Assembly: GCA_950097015.1 (NCBI GenBank)
Contig: CATNEN010000030.1
Coordinates: forward strand, 4,154,001 to 4,218,000
Length of the DNA: 64,000 bases
From: Macrostomum hystrix
Taxonomy: Eukaryota; Animalia; Platyhelminthes
Direction: 5' to 3'
Shown: in pieces, positions 27,401-39,780 of the stretch
Layout of the letters: every line of letters starts with the position of its first letter
Numbering within the stretch: position 1 is the stretch's first letter
The notes under the pieces: model-generated
Told to the model about the DNA's origin: nothing
The model's input: the letters and a program-made list of their open reading frames with translations, nothing else
The model's database searches: none
Made by a program: the position numbers and the translations under genes

Positions 27401-30400
27401 TGATGCAGCTGGGCAGCCCCGTGTTGCTGGGTGACCTGTCAGCTTTCTACACTCGCGAAGTGTCTCGCACAGTGCACGCAAGCAGCTTCAAGGAGCTGCT
27501 GTCCGAGAATGGTTTCCATCAGTTTCTCGGCTTCCTGCAGGCGGTTGACAATGAGTACAGAGTCTGCCGGGTCAAGTCGCCAGAGCGATTGAGCGAAGCT
27601 GAGCAGAGGGCTCTGCTCGAGCAGCTTGTTGCGGATCAGAAGGTGCGATTTTTTCTGAGACTGGCCTTCTGGCTCAGAAATCTTGTTGGGTCAGAAGCTT
27701 TCTGGGTCAGGAAATGTTCTATCGCAGTCATTGTCTGGGTCAGGACTCGGAATTAATATTATTTGCCAAATGAGATTCGGGCTTTCACAAGTCACTGAAC
27801 TGCTGCAGTCCTGGATATGTCGTATTCCATTACAGTAAAGTTCATGCAAATTCTATTTGATTAATTTTGCCTGTACATTGCTGGCGTGCCTCATGTTTTA
27901 TTCTAACCAACGTGAATAGAATTTTTCAAACAGCCAAAGAAAGGCCGCAGTTGCACTTGTTGATTTTATCATTAGTGTAGCTATGTCCCCTGCAACTGTT
28001 AAACCTTACCAAGTGACATTTGAAATTAATTATAGTGCACTATGTACTTCTAGTTTTTTAAGAACGATTTCTCTAAAATATGAAATCGACCAACGACCAA
28101 CAGGTGGACCTGGTTGAATTCCGCGAGTTAGCCACTCGACTCGTTCGCACTGAGCTGGCCCATGCACTTGTCGGCAACGAGGAGGCCCTTCAAAAGACCG
28201 CCGCCCTAGTACTTCGCTACGTCCTGCTCCGCGAGGATGTCAACCTGCTGCGCCGCCTATCCGCCTGCGGCATTCTGTGGACCGCCGTCGCCGAGGTCAT
28301 CGAGTCCCGTCTTGACAGCGTCTACCTGCACACGCCTGAGCGAGGCGTCAGCCGATTAGTGCAGCACCTTCGACTCGGCTTCGTCCAGAGCGGACGCTTG
28401 AGGCGGGACGCGCTGGCGACTCACTACGGTGCCGAGTGCTCCGTACACATGCTGCCCGCCTATAGGCCGGACTACTGCCCGGAGATCACCTACCTGCGGC
28501 ATCCGATGGACACACTGGCCGTCTGGTCCGTGCTCACTGGCCGTTTCCAGCTCACCGAGCTGCTCATCTTGTGAGTCCAGATGGCACGATTCCCGATCCT
28601 CATTTGCGGAGACTAGGCGCTGATACCTTGAGGCTAGATTCTGATCCTATCAGTCTAGATTCTGACCCCTTCAGACTAGATTCTGATCCTATCAGACTAG
28701 ATTCTGATCCTATCAGACTAGATTCTGATCCTATCAGTCTAGATTCTGATCCTATCAGACTAGATTATGATCCTATCAGACTAGATTCTGACCCCTTCAG
28801 ACTAGATTCTGATCCTATCAGACTAGATTCTGATCCTATCAGACTAGATTCTGGTCCTATCAGACTAGATTCTGATCCTATCAGACAAGATTATGATCCT
28901 ATCAGACTAGATTATGATCCTATCAGACTAGATTCTGACCCCTTCAGACTAGATTATGATCCTATCAGACTAGATTCTGATCCTATCAGACTAGATTATG
29001 ATCCTATCAGACTAGATTATGATCCTATCAGACTAGATTCTGGTCCTATCAGACAAGATTATGATCCTATCAGACTAGATTATGATCCTATCAGACTAGA
29101 TTCTGACCCCTTCAGACTAGATTATGATCCTATCAGACTAGATTCTGACCCCTTCAGACTAGATTATGATCCTATCAGACTAGATTCTGACCCCTTCAGA
29201 CTACGGTACCCGGTAGATTCTGATCCTATCAGACTAGATTCTAATAATTTAAGACCAGATTCTAATCATTTAAGACCAGATTCTAATCATTTAAGACCAG
29301 ATTCTGATCCTATCAGACTAGATTCTGATCCTATCAGACTAGATTCTGATCCTATCAGACTAGATTCTAATAATTTAAGACCAGATTCTAATCATTTTAA
29401 GACCAGATTCTGATCCTATCAGACTAGATTCTGATCCCATGAGACTAGATTCCTATCTCACAAGACCAGATGGTAGATCCCAGTAGACTTATGCATTCCA
29501 TCTAATGTTATGAATTATGATATTCTGAGGTCTTGTCAGATACCCTCTCGTCACAAAAGTACATTCCCCGACCTGACGGTCAGGCAGGACCAGTTCGACA
29601 TCATCCCGCTCTCGCTGTTCTGCGCCGGGCTGCTCCGCAGCATGCTGTCCAATCCGGACCTGACGCTGGACGCCGAGGAGATCGAAGCGCTGGCCTCCCG
29701 CTGCGAATCCATCGCGCAGGAGACTGTGGAACGGGTGTACACTCTGGACACCTCCTACTGCAAGCAGGTCTGATATTCACATTTAGGCAATGAGAAATCG
29801 AGAGATCGAAGCTGTGTGGAAAGTGGGATTTAGAGATATCGGCTGAGACTCAGAGGTACTGGCTTGAGATTGGGAGAATTCAGGGCGTGATTTAGCTAGA
29901 CATATAAAGAATGTGATTGACGGATTGATGGATTTAATAGAGATTGAAAGATTTTGTTTGAGATTAAATCGTACAAGGTGAGATGCAGGATGATTGACTG
30001 AGATTTGAGGGATGCAGGTGGTTAAGAGAATGAGAGATTTGAGGGATGCAGGTGGTTAAGAGAATGAGAGATTTGAGGGATGCAGGTGGTTAAGAGAATG
30101 AGAGATTTGAGGGATGCAGGTGGTTAAGAGAATGAGAGAGTTGAGGGATGCAGGTGGTTAAGAGAATGAGAGAGTTGAGGGATGCAGGTGGTTAAGAGAA
30201 AGAGAGTTGAGGGATGCAGGTGGTTAAGAGAATGAGAGAGTTGAGGGATGCAGGTGGTTAAGAGAATGAGAGAGTTGAGGGATGCAGGTGGTTAAGAGAA
30301 TGAGAGAGTTGAGGGATGCAGGTGGTTAAGAGAATGAGAGAGTTGAGGGATGCAGGTGGTTAAGAGAATGAGAGAGTTGAGGGATGCAGGTGGTTAAGAG

Positions 30401-33400
30401 AATGAGAGTTGAGGGATGCAGGTGGTTAAGAGAATGAGAGTTGAGGGATGCAAGACTAGAGCTGGCGAATCCGCCACCCGCGCCGCCAGGTGACAGTGGA
30501 CTACTTGCTGATGCCGCAGCCGACCTACGGCGAAGCCTCCTGCATTGAGCTGGCGGCCAACAACCAGTCCGCCAAGTTTCTACAGACTGCGGCCGGCCAG
30601 ACAGCGCTAGACAAAAAGTGGTATGGCTGCTTGCTGAACATCAGGCCCAGCCTGCGCGAGGCCGTGATCTGGCTGGGCATGGTGCCTGGCAACCTGCTGG
30701 TGCCCATGCTGCTAGTTTACTTTGACGAGCAGCGAACTCTGGAGGAGCGGCGACATCGCGGCGGTCCGATGGACTCCGGCGGAGGTGGCGGCGGAGGCAC
30801 CCGCGGAGGCGACGAGACTTGCGAATTCCTGGTGACCGCCAAGCGAGCCGAATGCGAAGCCGCTGACAAGGCATTGAACTCGGAGGCCGAGGTGCAGTAT
30901 GCGTCCGGGAAGAAATCCTCCGCTGAGTCTGCCAAGGTCTGTGCGGGCCTGGGTGGCCTTCTCAAGGGTAGCTGCTCAGGCTAGACGTGACCGATTTTGT
31001 TTTTCCGACATTCAAATACTTCATGATATTCTGGCTAGAAATAATCCTCTCGCCTGAGGCTTAGTAGCCAACAATCCCTTCAGGTTTTCAGGCTTAGTAG
31101 CCAACAATCCCTTCAGGTTTTCAGGCTTAGTAGCCAACAATCCCTTCAGGTTTTCAGGCTTAGTAGCCAACAATCCCTTCAGGTTTTCAGGCTTAGTAGC
31201 CAACAATCCCTTCAGGTTTTCAGGCTTAGTAGCCAACAATCCCTTCAGGTTTTCAGGCTTAGTAGCCAACAATCCCTTCAGGTTTTCAGGCTTAGTAGCC
31301 AACAATCCCTTCAGGTTTTCAGGCTTAGTAGGTCCAACAATCCCTTCAGGTTTTCAGGCTTAGTAGCCAACAATCCCTTCAGGTTTTCAGGCTTAGTAGC
31401 CAACAATCCCTTCAGGCTTTCAGGCTAGTAACTATTCCCTCAAGGTACTCAAGCTAGTAGGTAATGACCTCCTAGCTAAACGACTCAGTTACTCAGCTAA
31501 AGTAGTCAGGTCAGGCTCTTAAAGTCATACGACGCACCCAGATTAGCTAGGCAATAGTATAACTGTACTCAGATGTGCACCATCTGTTGCCAACCCCGCG
31601 CAGGCCTGGGCGGGCGACGCTGCCGACCCACCCGAGGAGCGGCGCAGCCTCCTAGGCGGCTCGGGCGCCAGTCTGTCAGCCTCGGAGCGTCGCCAGCGGA
31701 GCCATCCGCATCTGCGCCGCCTGCGCCAGTTCTTCCGCCTGCTGTACGGCTTCTACAACATTCCGGCCGTGAAGTTCCGCTATCACGCTCTGGCTCACGC
31801 CAGTCTGCTCATGTTCCTGTCCTACGTGCTGGTCATCGACTTTGAGTACAGCATCAACACCGCTGAGGCAGTGGCCTACTGCATCATCTGCGGCTACCTC
31901 ATCGAGGAGGTTGGCGAGCTCATGCACTGCTCAATGTACGCCAGAATTGGGGATTATTTTCGCAGCAAATGGAATTATATTGACCTCGCCGCGCTGACCA
32001 CTGCTGTGATTGGCTTCTTCCTGCGAATGGGAAAAATTGCCGGTCATATGGAAACAGTTGACCAGAGACTCACAATGTCCTTCGCCGATCCCGGATGGTA
32101 TTTGGCCAGGCTGTTCCTGGGTGAGCGATTCGGCGCTTTGTTATTGGGATTCTTAGGGATTTGTGGTAGGGATTCTTAGGGAATTGTGGTAGGGATTCTT
32201 AGGGAATTTTGGTAGGGATTCTTAGGGAATTGTGGTAGGGATTCTTAGGGAATTGTGGTAGGGATTCTTAGGGAATTTTGGTAGGGATTCTTAGGGAATT
32301 GTGGTAGGGATTCTTAGATATTTGTGGTAGGGATTCTTAGGGAATTGTGGTAGGGATTCTTAGATATTTGTGGTAGGGATTCTTAGGGATTTGTGGTAGG
32401 GATTCTTAGATATTTGTGGTAGGGATTCTTAGATATTTGTGGTAGGGATTCTTAGATATTTGTGGTAGGGATTCTTAGATATTTGTGGTAGGGATTCTTA
32501 GATATTTGTGGTAGGGATTCTTAGATATTTGTGGTAGGGATTCTTAGGGAATTGTGGTAGGGATTCTTAGGGAATTGTGGTAGGGATTCTTAGATATTTG
32601 TGGTAGGGATTCTTAGGGATTTGTGGTAGGGATTCTTAGATATTTGTGGTAGGGATTCTTAGATATTTGTGGTAGGGATTCTTAGATATTTGTGGTAGGG
32701 ATTCTTAGATATTTGTGGTAGGGATTCTTAGGGATTTGTGGTAGGGATTCTTAGGGAATTGTGGTAGGGATTCTTAGATATTTGTGGTAGGGATTCTTAG
32801 GGAATTGTGGTAGGGATTCTTAGGGATTTGTGGTAGGAATTCTTAGGGAATTGTGGTAGGGATTCTTAGGGATTTGTGGTAGGGATTCTTAGATATTTGT
32901 GGTAGGGATTCTTAGATATTTGTGGTAGGGATTCTTAGGGAATTGTGGTAGGGATTCTTAGGGATTTGTGGTAGGGATTCTTAGATATTTGTGGTAGGGA
33001 TTCTTAGATATTTGTGGTAGGGATTCTTAGATATTTGTGGTAGGGATTCTTAGGGATTTGTGGTAGGGATTCTTAGGGATTTCTAGTAGGAATTCTTAGG
33101 GATTTCTAGTAGGAATTCTTAGGGATTTGTGGTAGGAATTCTTAGGGATTATAGCAGGTATTCTTAGGGATTGTGGTAGGAATTCTTAGGGATTATAGTA
33201 GGGATTCTTAGGGATTGTAGTAGGTATTCTTAGGGATTGTGGTAGGTATTCTTAGGGATTGTAGTAGGTATTCTTAGGGATTGTAGTAGGTATTCTTAGG
33301 GATTGTAGTAGGTATTCTTAGGGATTGTGGTAGGTATTCTTAGGGATTGTAGTAGGTATTCTTAGGGATTGTGGTAGGGATTCTTAGGGATTGTAGTAGG

Positions 33401-35106
33401 TATTCTTAGGGATTGTAGTAGGTATTCTTAGGGATTGTAGTAGGTATTCTTAGGGATTGTAGTAGGTATTCTTAGGGATTGTGGTAGGTATTCTTAGGGA
33501 TTGTGGTAGGGATTCTTAGGGATTGTAGTAGGTATTCTTAGGGATTGTGGTAGGTATTCTTAGGGATTGTAGGGATGGATTCATAGGGATTTATGGTAGG
33601 ATTTGTGGCATGGATTTATTGGGATTCTGGTAGAGATTCTTAGGGATTTGTGGTAGAGATTCTTAGGAATTTGTGGTAGGGATTTGTGGTAGAGATTCTT
33701 AGGGATTTGCCCCAAAGCTTTTCCGTGACTAAATGGAAAATTTTCACACTCGAACTCGGGACTGTCAGGCGTCTCCTGCTCGCTGTACTGGATCCGGCTG
33801 CTCTACATCTCCACCGTGCTTGAGACAGTCGGACCCAAGCTGAAAATGATGGCCAAGATGATCACTCAGGACCTGTTCCCATTCCTATTCATTTTGTTCA
33901 TTTTCATCTTCGCCTTCGGTGTGCTGATGTACGGCCTGTTGTATCCGAATGGCTATTATGCCTGGAACCCGGAGCAGATGACTGCCCCGAACATCCTGCT
34001 CGGCATGTTCAGAATTTGCTTCTACAGCATGGTCGGCGACTACAGCCTGGACGCTGTGATGGGCGCGGACGGCTGTAATGAGATCTTGGACAAGCGGGTC
34101 ATCAACAACACCCAGGCCTGCCCGCATCATGTCGGCAGGTATTTGCTATTCAGACCCGACCAAATTTCTGCCCCTAGTGGTTAGAGCGTCGGACTAACGA
34201 CTTGAAGGTCGGGGGTTCGATTCCCGACTACACTGAAAACAATCTGTGTCCTTTAGCAAGACACTTAACTCTGCATTGCTTCAGTTCACCCAGCTGCTAA
34301 CAGTAGAACTACCACGCTATTTCAAATAGCCACTGCCTACTTCACGACAGCTCCCAATCTCTATCTATTTGCAGGGGGGCCCGGGGCACTTGTCGCACAA
34401 GCGACGGAGCGGCACGCCAGACCGGCGAACTAGGCGCTTAGCGCCCATCGCGCCGCCTCCCCTGAGCAGGCACCACAATCCTTGCCTTGCCAAACGCTAA
34501 TCTCTCCGCAGATACTTGGTGCCCTACGTAATCCTGCCGCTGTACGTGATCATCACGGAGATCCTGCTGCTGAACCTCATCATCGCCCTGTTCAGCCGCA
34601 CAGTTGAAGAAATCGACTCGCGCAGCCAGTCGCTCTGGCAGTTTGAACGGCACGACCTCATCCAGGAGTTCCAGTCGCGCTCCTCGCTGCCGCCGCCGTT
34701 CAACGCTTTGGACCTTCTACGTCGTCTAGTGGCCTACGTGGTGGGCCGGCTGCGCCCGGATCTGCGCCAGGGCGCCGATGCCGACTTCGACCAGCAGCTG
34801 GTGCTGCAGTTCCTGCTGTTCCAGGCATTCAGCCTACGAAACAACCGCGCCAGATCGCTGGCCGAGCAGCAGGACTCGGACGAGGATCGACTCTTGGCCA
34901 GGGTGGCCGAAGCGGTCCGCTGCGAGTTGCGCAAGTTCCATCAGCAGCAGCAGAAGCAGCAGCCGCCGCAGTCGCAGGTGCAGCAACAGCAGCCACAGGA
35001 GCTGCAGAAGCATGCCTTCCAGCAGCCGTCAGAGCGGCCAAGCTTGGGCACCAGCATTGCTGGCACTCCGGCCAGTGTTGACACCGGTACAGACGATACT
35101 CGCTGA
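24411..35106 (+). CDS. TRP cation channel with N-terminal ankyrin repeats and a TRPM-like MHR4/pre-S1/S1-S6/TRP region, 1210 aa, 9 exons
   Basis: Exons 24411-24766, 25259-25449, 27137-27642, 28104-28570, 29584-29767, 30490-30936, 31604-32120, 33769-34138, 34512-35106 total 3633 nt, all phases compatible. Ankyrin motifs TPLHYAA, YPLHRAC, TALHRAI, TPLHLAV. TRPM-like motifs CIELA...KKWYG, FYNIPAVKF, KWNYIDL, GPKLKMM, LLNLIIALF, WQFERHDLIQEF, LPPPFN. Confidence 0.88.
24841..25213 (+). mobile_element. SINE family B, full length with target-site duplication, in TRP intron 1
   Basis: tRNA-like head GGGGGTGAGTGGCAGAGCGG...CTCGATTCC and AT-rich tail. AAGGAGGATA flanks both sides (24829-24838 and 25216-25225). 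Confidence 0.85.
25483..27090. repeat. 29-bp-family minisatellite filling TRP intron 2
   Basis: CAGATCCTCAGGATGGACAGCCACTCTCC and derivatives; same family as 48918-51205. Confidence 0.95.
28630..29450. repeat. 21-bp minisatellite in TRP intron 4
   Basis: GATTCTGATCCTATCAGACTA repeats. Confidence 0.95.
29995..30452. repeat. 34-bp minisatellite in TRP intron 5
   Basis: GAGGGATGCAGGTGGTTAAGAGAATGAGAGATTT and variants. Confidence 0.95.
31050..31425. repeat. 33-bp minisatellite in TRP intron 6
   Basis: GGCTTAGTAGCCAACAATCCCTTCAGGTTTTCA, about 11 copies. Confidence 0.95.
32146..33710. repeat. 22-23-bp G-rich minisatellite in TRP intron 7
   Basis: GATTCTTAGGGAATTGTGGTAGG and variants; unit types change along the array. 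Confidence 0.95.
34175..34298 (+). mobile_element. SINE family A partial copy in TRP intron 8
   Basis: TAGTGGTTAGAGCGTCGGACTAACGACTTGAAGGTCGGGGGTTCGATTCCC...TGTGTCCTTTAGCAAGACACTTAAC...CACCCAGCTG matches the 8471 copy. Confidence 0.8.
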
Positions 35107-35185
35107 TGAGGACTTGAAATAAATCGACTCAAATGAGTACTTTGGTCTTACACTTCTTTAATAGATAGACAGATACATGGACATA

Positions 35186-35310
35186 TTACCCAGCTGAACT
35201 GAAGCTATGGGGAATTAAGTATCTTACTTAAGGACACAACTTTTTTCCATGGCCTGGGATTCGAACTCCGGACCCTTTTTGTCAGAAGTCAAGTTCTTAT
35301 CACTGGCTCA
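35186..35310 (-). mobile_element. SINE family A diverged copy
   Basis: Reverse complement carries a B box (GTTCGAATCCC) and TGTGTCCTTAAGTAAGATACTTAA...CAGCTGGGTAA. Confidence 0.6.
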
Positions 35311-36051
35311 TTTTTTATCAAATTCTTAATCCTATTAACTCAACATAGTTTCAGGCAGAAGATAACAGGTTAATTTTTTGTTTGATAGTACGTTTATTGA
35401 ATATAAAGCACCATTTCTTGGAAAAATGTGTCACGTGACTGTTCGCGCAGTAATTCCCTTTTATATCAATTCATATAATATTCTCATATTAATATTTAAT
35501 TTTATTCCGTTGGCAGTAGAATCGTAATAAGGTATGCACATTGGTTGTTTAGTCCAATTTTAATTTAACTTCTAGTCAAATTTTAATATTTTTGTTAAAA
35601 ACAAACTTACTGGAATATATATATAATTGGTGTCATTATTTACTTAAATAATTTTATCGTTTTCTACTAAGACTCGTGCTTGAAAAGAATTTTTGTGCAA
35701 AATATAATTTTTACTTTGCTGCAGCTTTTTGCTAGGCTTGCCTTACACACTTACTCTGCTAAACCTTGTGCTCCTACTCAGTAATTATACTTTTGCTTTC
35801 CTATTTCTTCTTCTAACTGTTATCAGCTGTGCGTCTCTCTCTGTTGCTTATTCACTTTTGTGCTATTAAAAACGAATTTAATTACAAATCAAACAACTAG
35901 TGCTTTACGCCTTTCGCGCTCTACGTTAAGTCTCTGACTTTGATTTATTAATTTCTGTAGAACATTTTTTGCTGTAAGTAAGGCTCTAAAAACTATTCAA
36001 CTTTTTTCGATTAAAATTTTGAAAGTCCTGAACAATTATTAGTTACTAATA

Positions 36052-37065
36052 TACCTCACAGACTTGGTAGTGTGTCCACCTTCTAGATTTGGGACACCTC
36101 ACAGGCTTGGTAGTGTGTCCACCTTCTAGATTTGGGACACCTCACAGACTTCATAGTGTGTCCACCTTCTAGATTTGGGACACCTCACAGGCTTGGTAGT
36201 GTGTCCACCTTCTAGATTTGGGACACCTCACAGACTTGGTAGTGTGTCCAACTTCTAGATTTGGGACACCTCACAGGCTTGGTAGTGTGTCCACCTTCTA
36301 GATTTGGGACACCTCACAGACTTGGTAGTATGTCCACCTTCTAGATTTGGGACACCTCACAGACTTGGTAGTGTGTCCAACTTCTAGATTTGGGACACCT
36401 CACAGACTTGGTAGTATGTCCACCTTCTAGATTTGGGACACCTCACAGACTTGGTAGTTTGTCCACCTTCTAGATTTGGGACACCTCACAGACTTGGTAG
36501 TATGTCCACCTTCTAGATTTGGGACACCTCACAGACTTGGTAGTGTGTCCACCTTCTAGATTTGGGACACCTCACAGACTTGGTAGTGTGTCCACCTTCT
36601 AGATTTGGGACACCTCACAGGCTTGATAGTGTGTCCACCTTCTAGATTTGGGACACCTCACAGGCTTGGTAGTTTGTCCACCTTCAAAATTTGGGACACC
36701 TCAGACTTGGTAGTGTGTCCACCTTCTAGATTTGGGACACCTCACAGACTTGGTAGTGTGTCCACCTTCTAGATTTGGGACACCTCACAGACTTGGTAGT
36801 GTGTCCACCTTCTAGATTTGGGACACCTCACAGGCTTGATAGTGTGTCCACCTTCTAGATTTGGGACACCTCACAGGCTTGGTAGTGTGTCCACCTTCTA
36901 GATTTGGGACACCTCACAGGCTTGGTAGTATGTCCACCTTCTAGATTTGGGACACCTCACAGACTTGGTAGTATGTCCACCTTCTAGATTTGGGACACCT
37001 CACAGACTTGGTAGTATGTCCACCTTCTAGATTTGGGACACCTCACAGACTTGGTAGTGTGTCCA
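36052..37065. repeat. 43-bp minisatellite with an internal inverted repeat
   Basis: GACTTGGTAGTGTGTCCACCTTCTAGATTTGGGACACCTCACA, about 23 copies, no spacers. Confidence 0.95.
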
Positions 37066-37074
37066 GGTATGTCA

Positions 37075-37200
37075 GCGTACGCAGGCACTCGCTCACACAG
37101 GTGTGTGTGTACGTCTGCCGTGACTTTCTTATTGTCAGGCAGTGTACACTTTCACTCTGCCTTGGGGGTTGACGCGTTAACCGCTCTGCCACTGACCCCC
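37075..37200 (-). mobile_element. SINE family B, internally deleted copy
   Basis: Matches the family head (AACGCGT...GGCAGAGCGG) and the GTGTACACTGCC segment in reverse. Confidence 0.7.
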
Positions 37201-37291
37201 TGGGGTGATGGATATATTACAGTGAAATTTGTTTTTTTCCGAGGTTCTATTCAGCAGACTTGTCGGCAACCCAAAAGAGCGCGCCGCAATG

Positions 37292-39780
37292 TCAAGGTCT
37301 CGCACAGATCATGCTGGCAAGGCAGCGTCTGCTCGTGTCGCCATTCCGCAAGCAGGGAGTGCCTGGCATCAGCAGCAGAGTGGCCGAGTGACTGCCATTG
37401 CTGCACAGGACAGGCTGGCACAGATACTTAGTTGTCCTGGCCGGGGACAGAATCCTGGCAGCAGACGAAGAAGCCGCAGCAAAGCTCAGCTGTCGCATGT
37501 GCCGGCATTGCTCCTCGGCGGTGGTGGCCGGCCCATCAGGCAGCCACAACCGGCTGGCCGGGCTGCTGAGCCGGCGCAGGCAGGCGGCCTCCTTGGTGGC
37601 CAGGAAGGCGCGTATCTGGCGCTGAGAGTCAGCCGAATAGGCGAATAGGCGAGACAAGCGAGACATATAAGCTGGCCGTAGCTGGTCACTGTCCATGAGG
37701 TAGTTGGCCTCACTGCCAGTGTGCCGTGGCGCATCCTTGGCTCCTGAAATACCAGGCAGCGATGGTTTACCGCAGTTTTGGGGGTGAGTGGACGAGTGGT
37801 TAACGCGTTTGCCTCTCGCACCAATGTCCCCCAGCTCGATTCCGCGGCGAGGCCACTTTCATTTCGGGCGTAGCCGCGGAGAGAAGGCTTGGGGCTTGTC
37901 GTTCAATTTACGACCTTGAAAGCCAACCTCCAAGGCACAGTGAGAGTGTACACTGCCTGGCGATGAGAAAGTCAGGGCAGATGTGAGTGTGTGCCTGTGT
38001 ACGGTATCTGAGTGCATGTGTGCTCAGGAGTCAGCGAAATGGGCAGAATTGCCTCCTCGCTGACTGCAGGTCTAGTGTCACCAAATAATGTGCCATTGCC
38101 TGCAGCCCTCCTGCAATTATAATATAATACGTGATTGGTTTAGTACAAAAAATTCGAATGAGTTGGAACCCTTTAACTCGGCCAGGTAAAGCTGCTGAGG
38201 GCATAAAATGATGGGTGGAGTTAGGGGCGTTGTGTGTGTCCCAAATGTCCCATAATACCAAAGCTTCTAGGCTTTTTGTACACGGCCTCGTTCCTGACGC
38301 TCTCGTCATCTTGGAAGGCCACGCGGAGCATCCCCGAGTCCTGACGATCGCCAGAACGTTGGATTTGTTGAATACTAAAATAAAAGAAACTATTTACCTT
38401 CTTGATTGTGTTTCTTGTTCTTCTACCTGCTCCGAACTCTTTGATCCAAAATTTTGCACTGGTTTGTCTTCCTCCCAAATCACTCCAGTTCAACTACGAG
38501 TATATAGCTCGTATATCAGCTTTTGCCAGGGAATATAAAGAGTAAAGTGGCGAGCATTACTGTGACGCTGTGACGCTATAAACTCTATTATTCCTCCTAC
38601 TGCACATTGCCGCTTGTCAGGCGTTCGTCAATTTATCGGGTCGAAAAGAAGGTAATTTTGTCTACTCAACCTAAATGCACTTACCGAGCACGTGGCCAAG
38701 CTCGTGAGCAATGAGCCGAGCGGTGGCAGCCGGGTACAGGTCGGTGACCACAGAGCGAGAGCATGAATGGCAGGCCGAGCCCATAAACGACAGGCCAATG
38801 AGTCTGGCTCCTTTTGGATGGGGCCCGGGTGGTGGCAGAAGAGTCCGATCCCTGACGATCAGCATGTGGTGATCATAGTTGTTGTCGCCGCCGCCGCCGC
38901 AGATGACGCTGCTGTTGCTCCAGTCGGCCTGAGCCTCCATGCTGAGCAGCAGATGCAGCGCTGGGACTTTGGCGCCAAACTGCCTCAGGTAGGCGATCCC
39001 GGGAGCCTTCAGACTGGCGTAAACTCGTGAGCAGCCGAGCACCCAGCGGACCTGAACTCCGACGCTCGACAAGACTCGGTTTACCACAGCAAAGATTCCG
39101 CCAAAATAATTCGTTGCAGCAGTGTGGGCGTCAGCTAAGGAACCACTGGATGCTACAAAGTGACGCAACACGGACGGATCAAGATCTAGACGGAGCTCCA
39201 GCACCGCAGATGCCGACGACACTGCTGCCCCACGGGCGGATTTCGCAGTTGGAGCCGTCAGACTGCTGGCTTCTTGAAATTCTGGCGTATTATCCAGGCG
39301 CTCTGTATCCAATTGGCAGGCGAAGCCGCCGGTGCCAGCTCCGTGCACAGCCAAGCGTACTACCTGCTGGGCGTCACTTCCGTTAGTTCCGATTAGGTTA
39401 ACAAAGCCAGCCAGCAGATCCGGTCCGGTCGTCTGCTTAGCGACTGTTGCTGTCGCTATCGTGTGCTTGCCTCGCAGCAGCTTGTACCTAGTGGTTCTCA
39501 CCTTGGCACCGTTCACCACATCGGCTGTAAAGGAGGCAGACTGGCGTTGAAGTAGCATGCGCTGCGTATTGAAGCCAGTCGATGATTGTTGCACTCGACC
39601 AGGAGGCGTCAGTTGCAGTCGCAGTGAGTTGCCTTTTGTTTCCCAGGTGACGCGCCATGCGCTATCGTCGGAGGAAGCGCAAGTGTCTCCTGATTTCGCT
39701 GCTGCTGCAGTTGCTGCTGTTGATGGCGGAAAGATAGCTAAAATAACTTGCAGCAATGTGTGTAGATACACGCTTTTCAT
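37292..39780 (-). CDS. Secreted reprolysin (M12B)/ADAMTS-like metalloprotease, 515 aa, 2 exons
   Basis: Exon 1 39780-38685 and exon 2 37743-37292 join in phase 1, giving IAHELGHVLG|AKD. Signal-peptide-like N-terminus, GLSFMGSAC, Met-turn NYLM, FLATKEAACL, then an ADAMTS-type disintegrin-like Cys module (AEEQC...LC..VLC...PGTPC...C). Confidence 0.8.
37780..38127 (+). mobile_element. SINE family B, full length, in the metalloprotease intron
   Basis: Colinear with the 24841 copy throughout. Confidence 0.85.

Noticed and set aside
28571-29413. 280-aa DSDPIRL-repeat ORF
   Set aside because: 21-bp intronic array between phase-compatible TRP exons 4 and 5.
36052-37065. 43-bp palindromic repeat resembling a CRISPR array
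   Set aside because: Units are contiguous with no unique spacers, there are no cas genes, and the context is eukaryotic.
38130-38580. Extra metalloprotease exon within the intron
   Set aside because: Phase-1 acceptors here give either an immediate stop or non-homologous sequence, whereas the 37743 acceptor restores the Met-turn and downstream helix.
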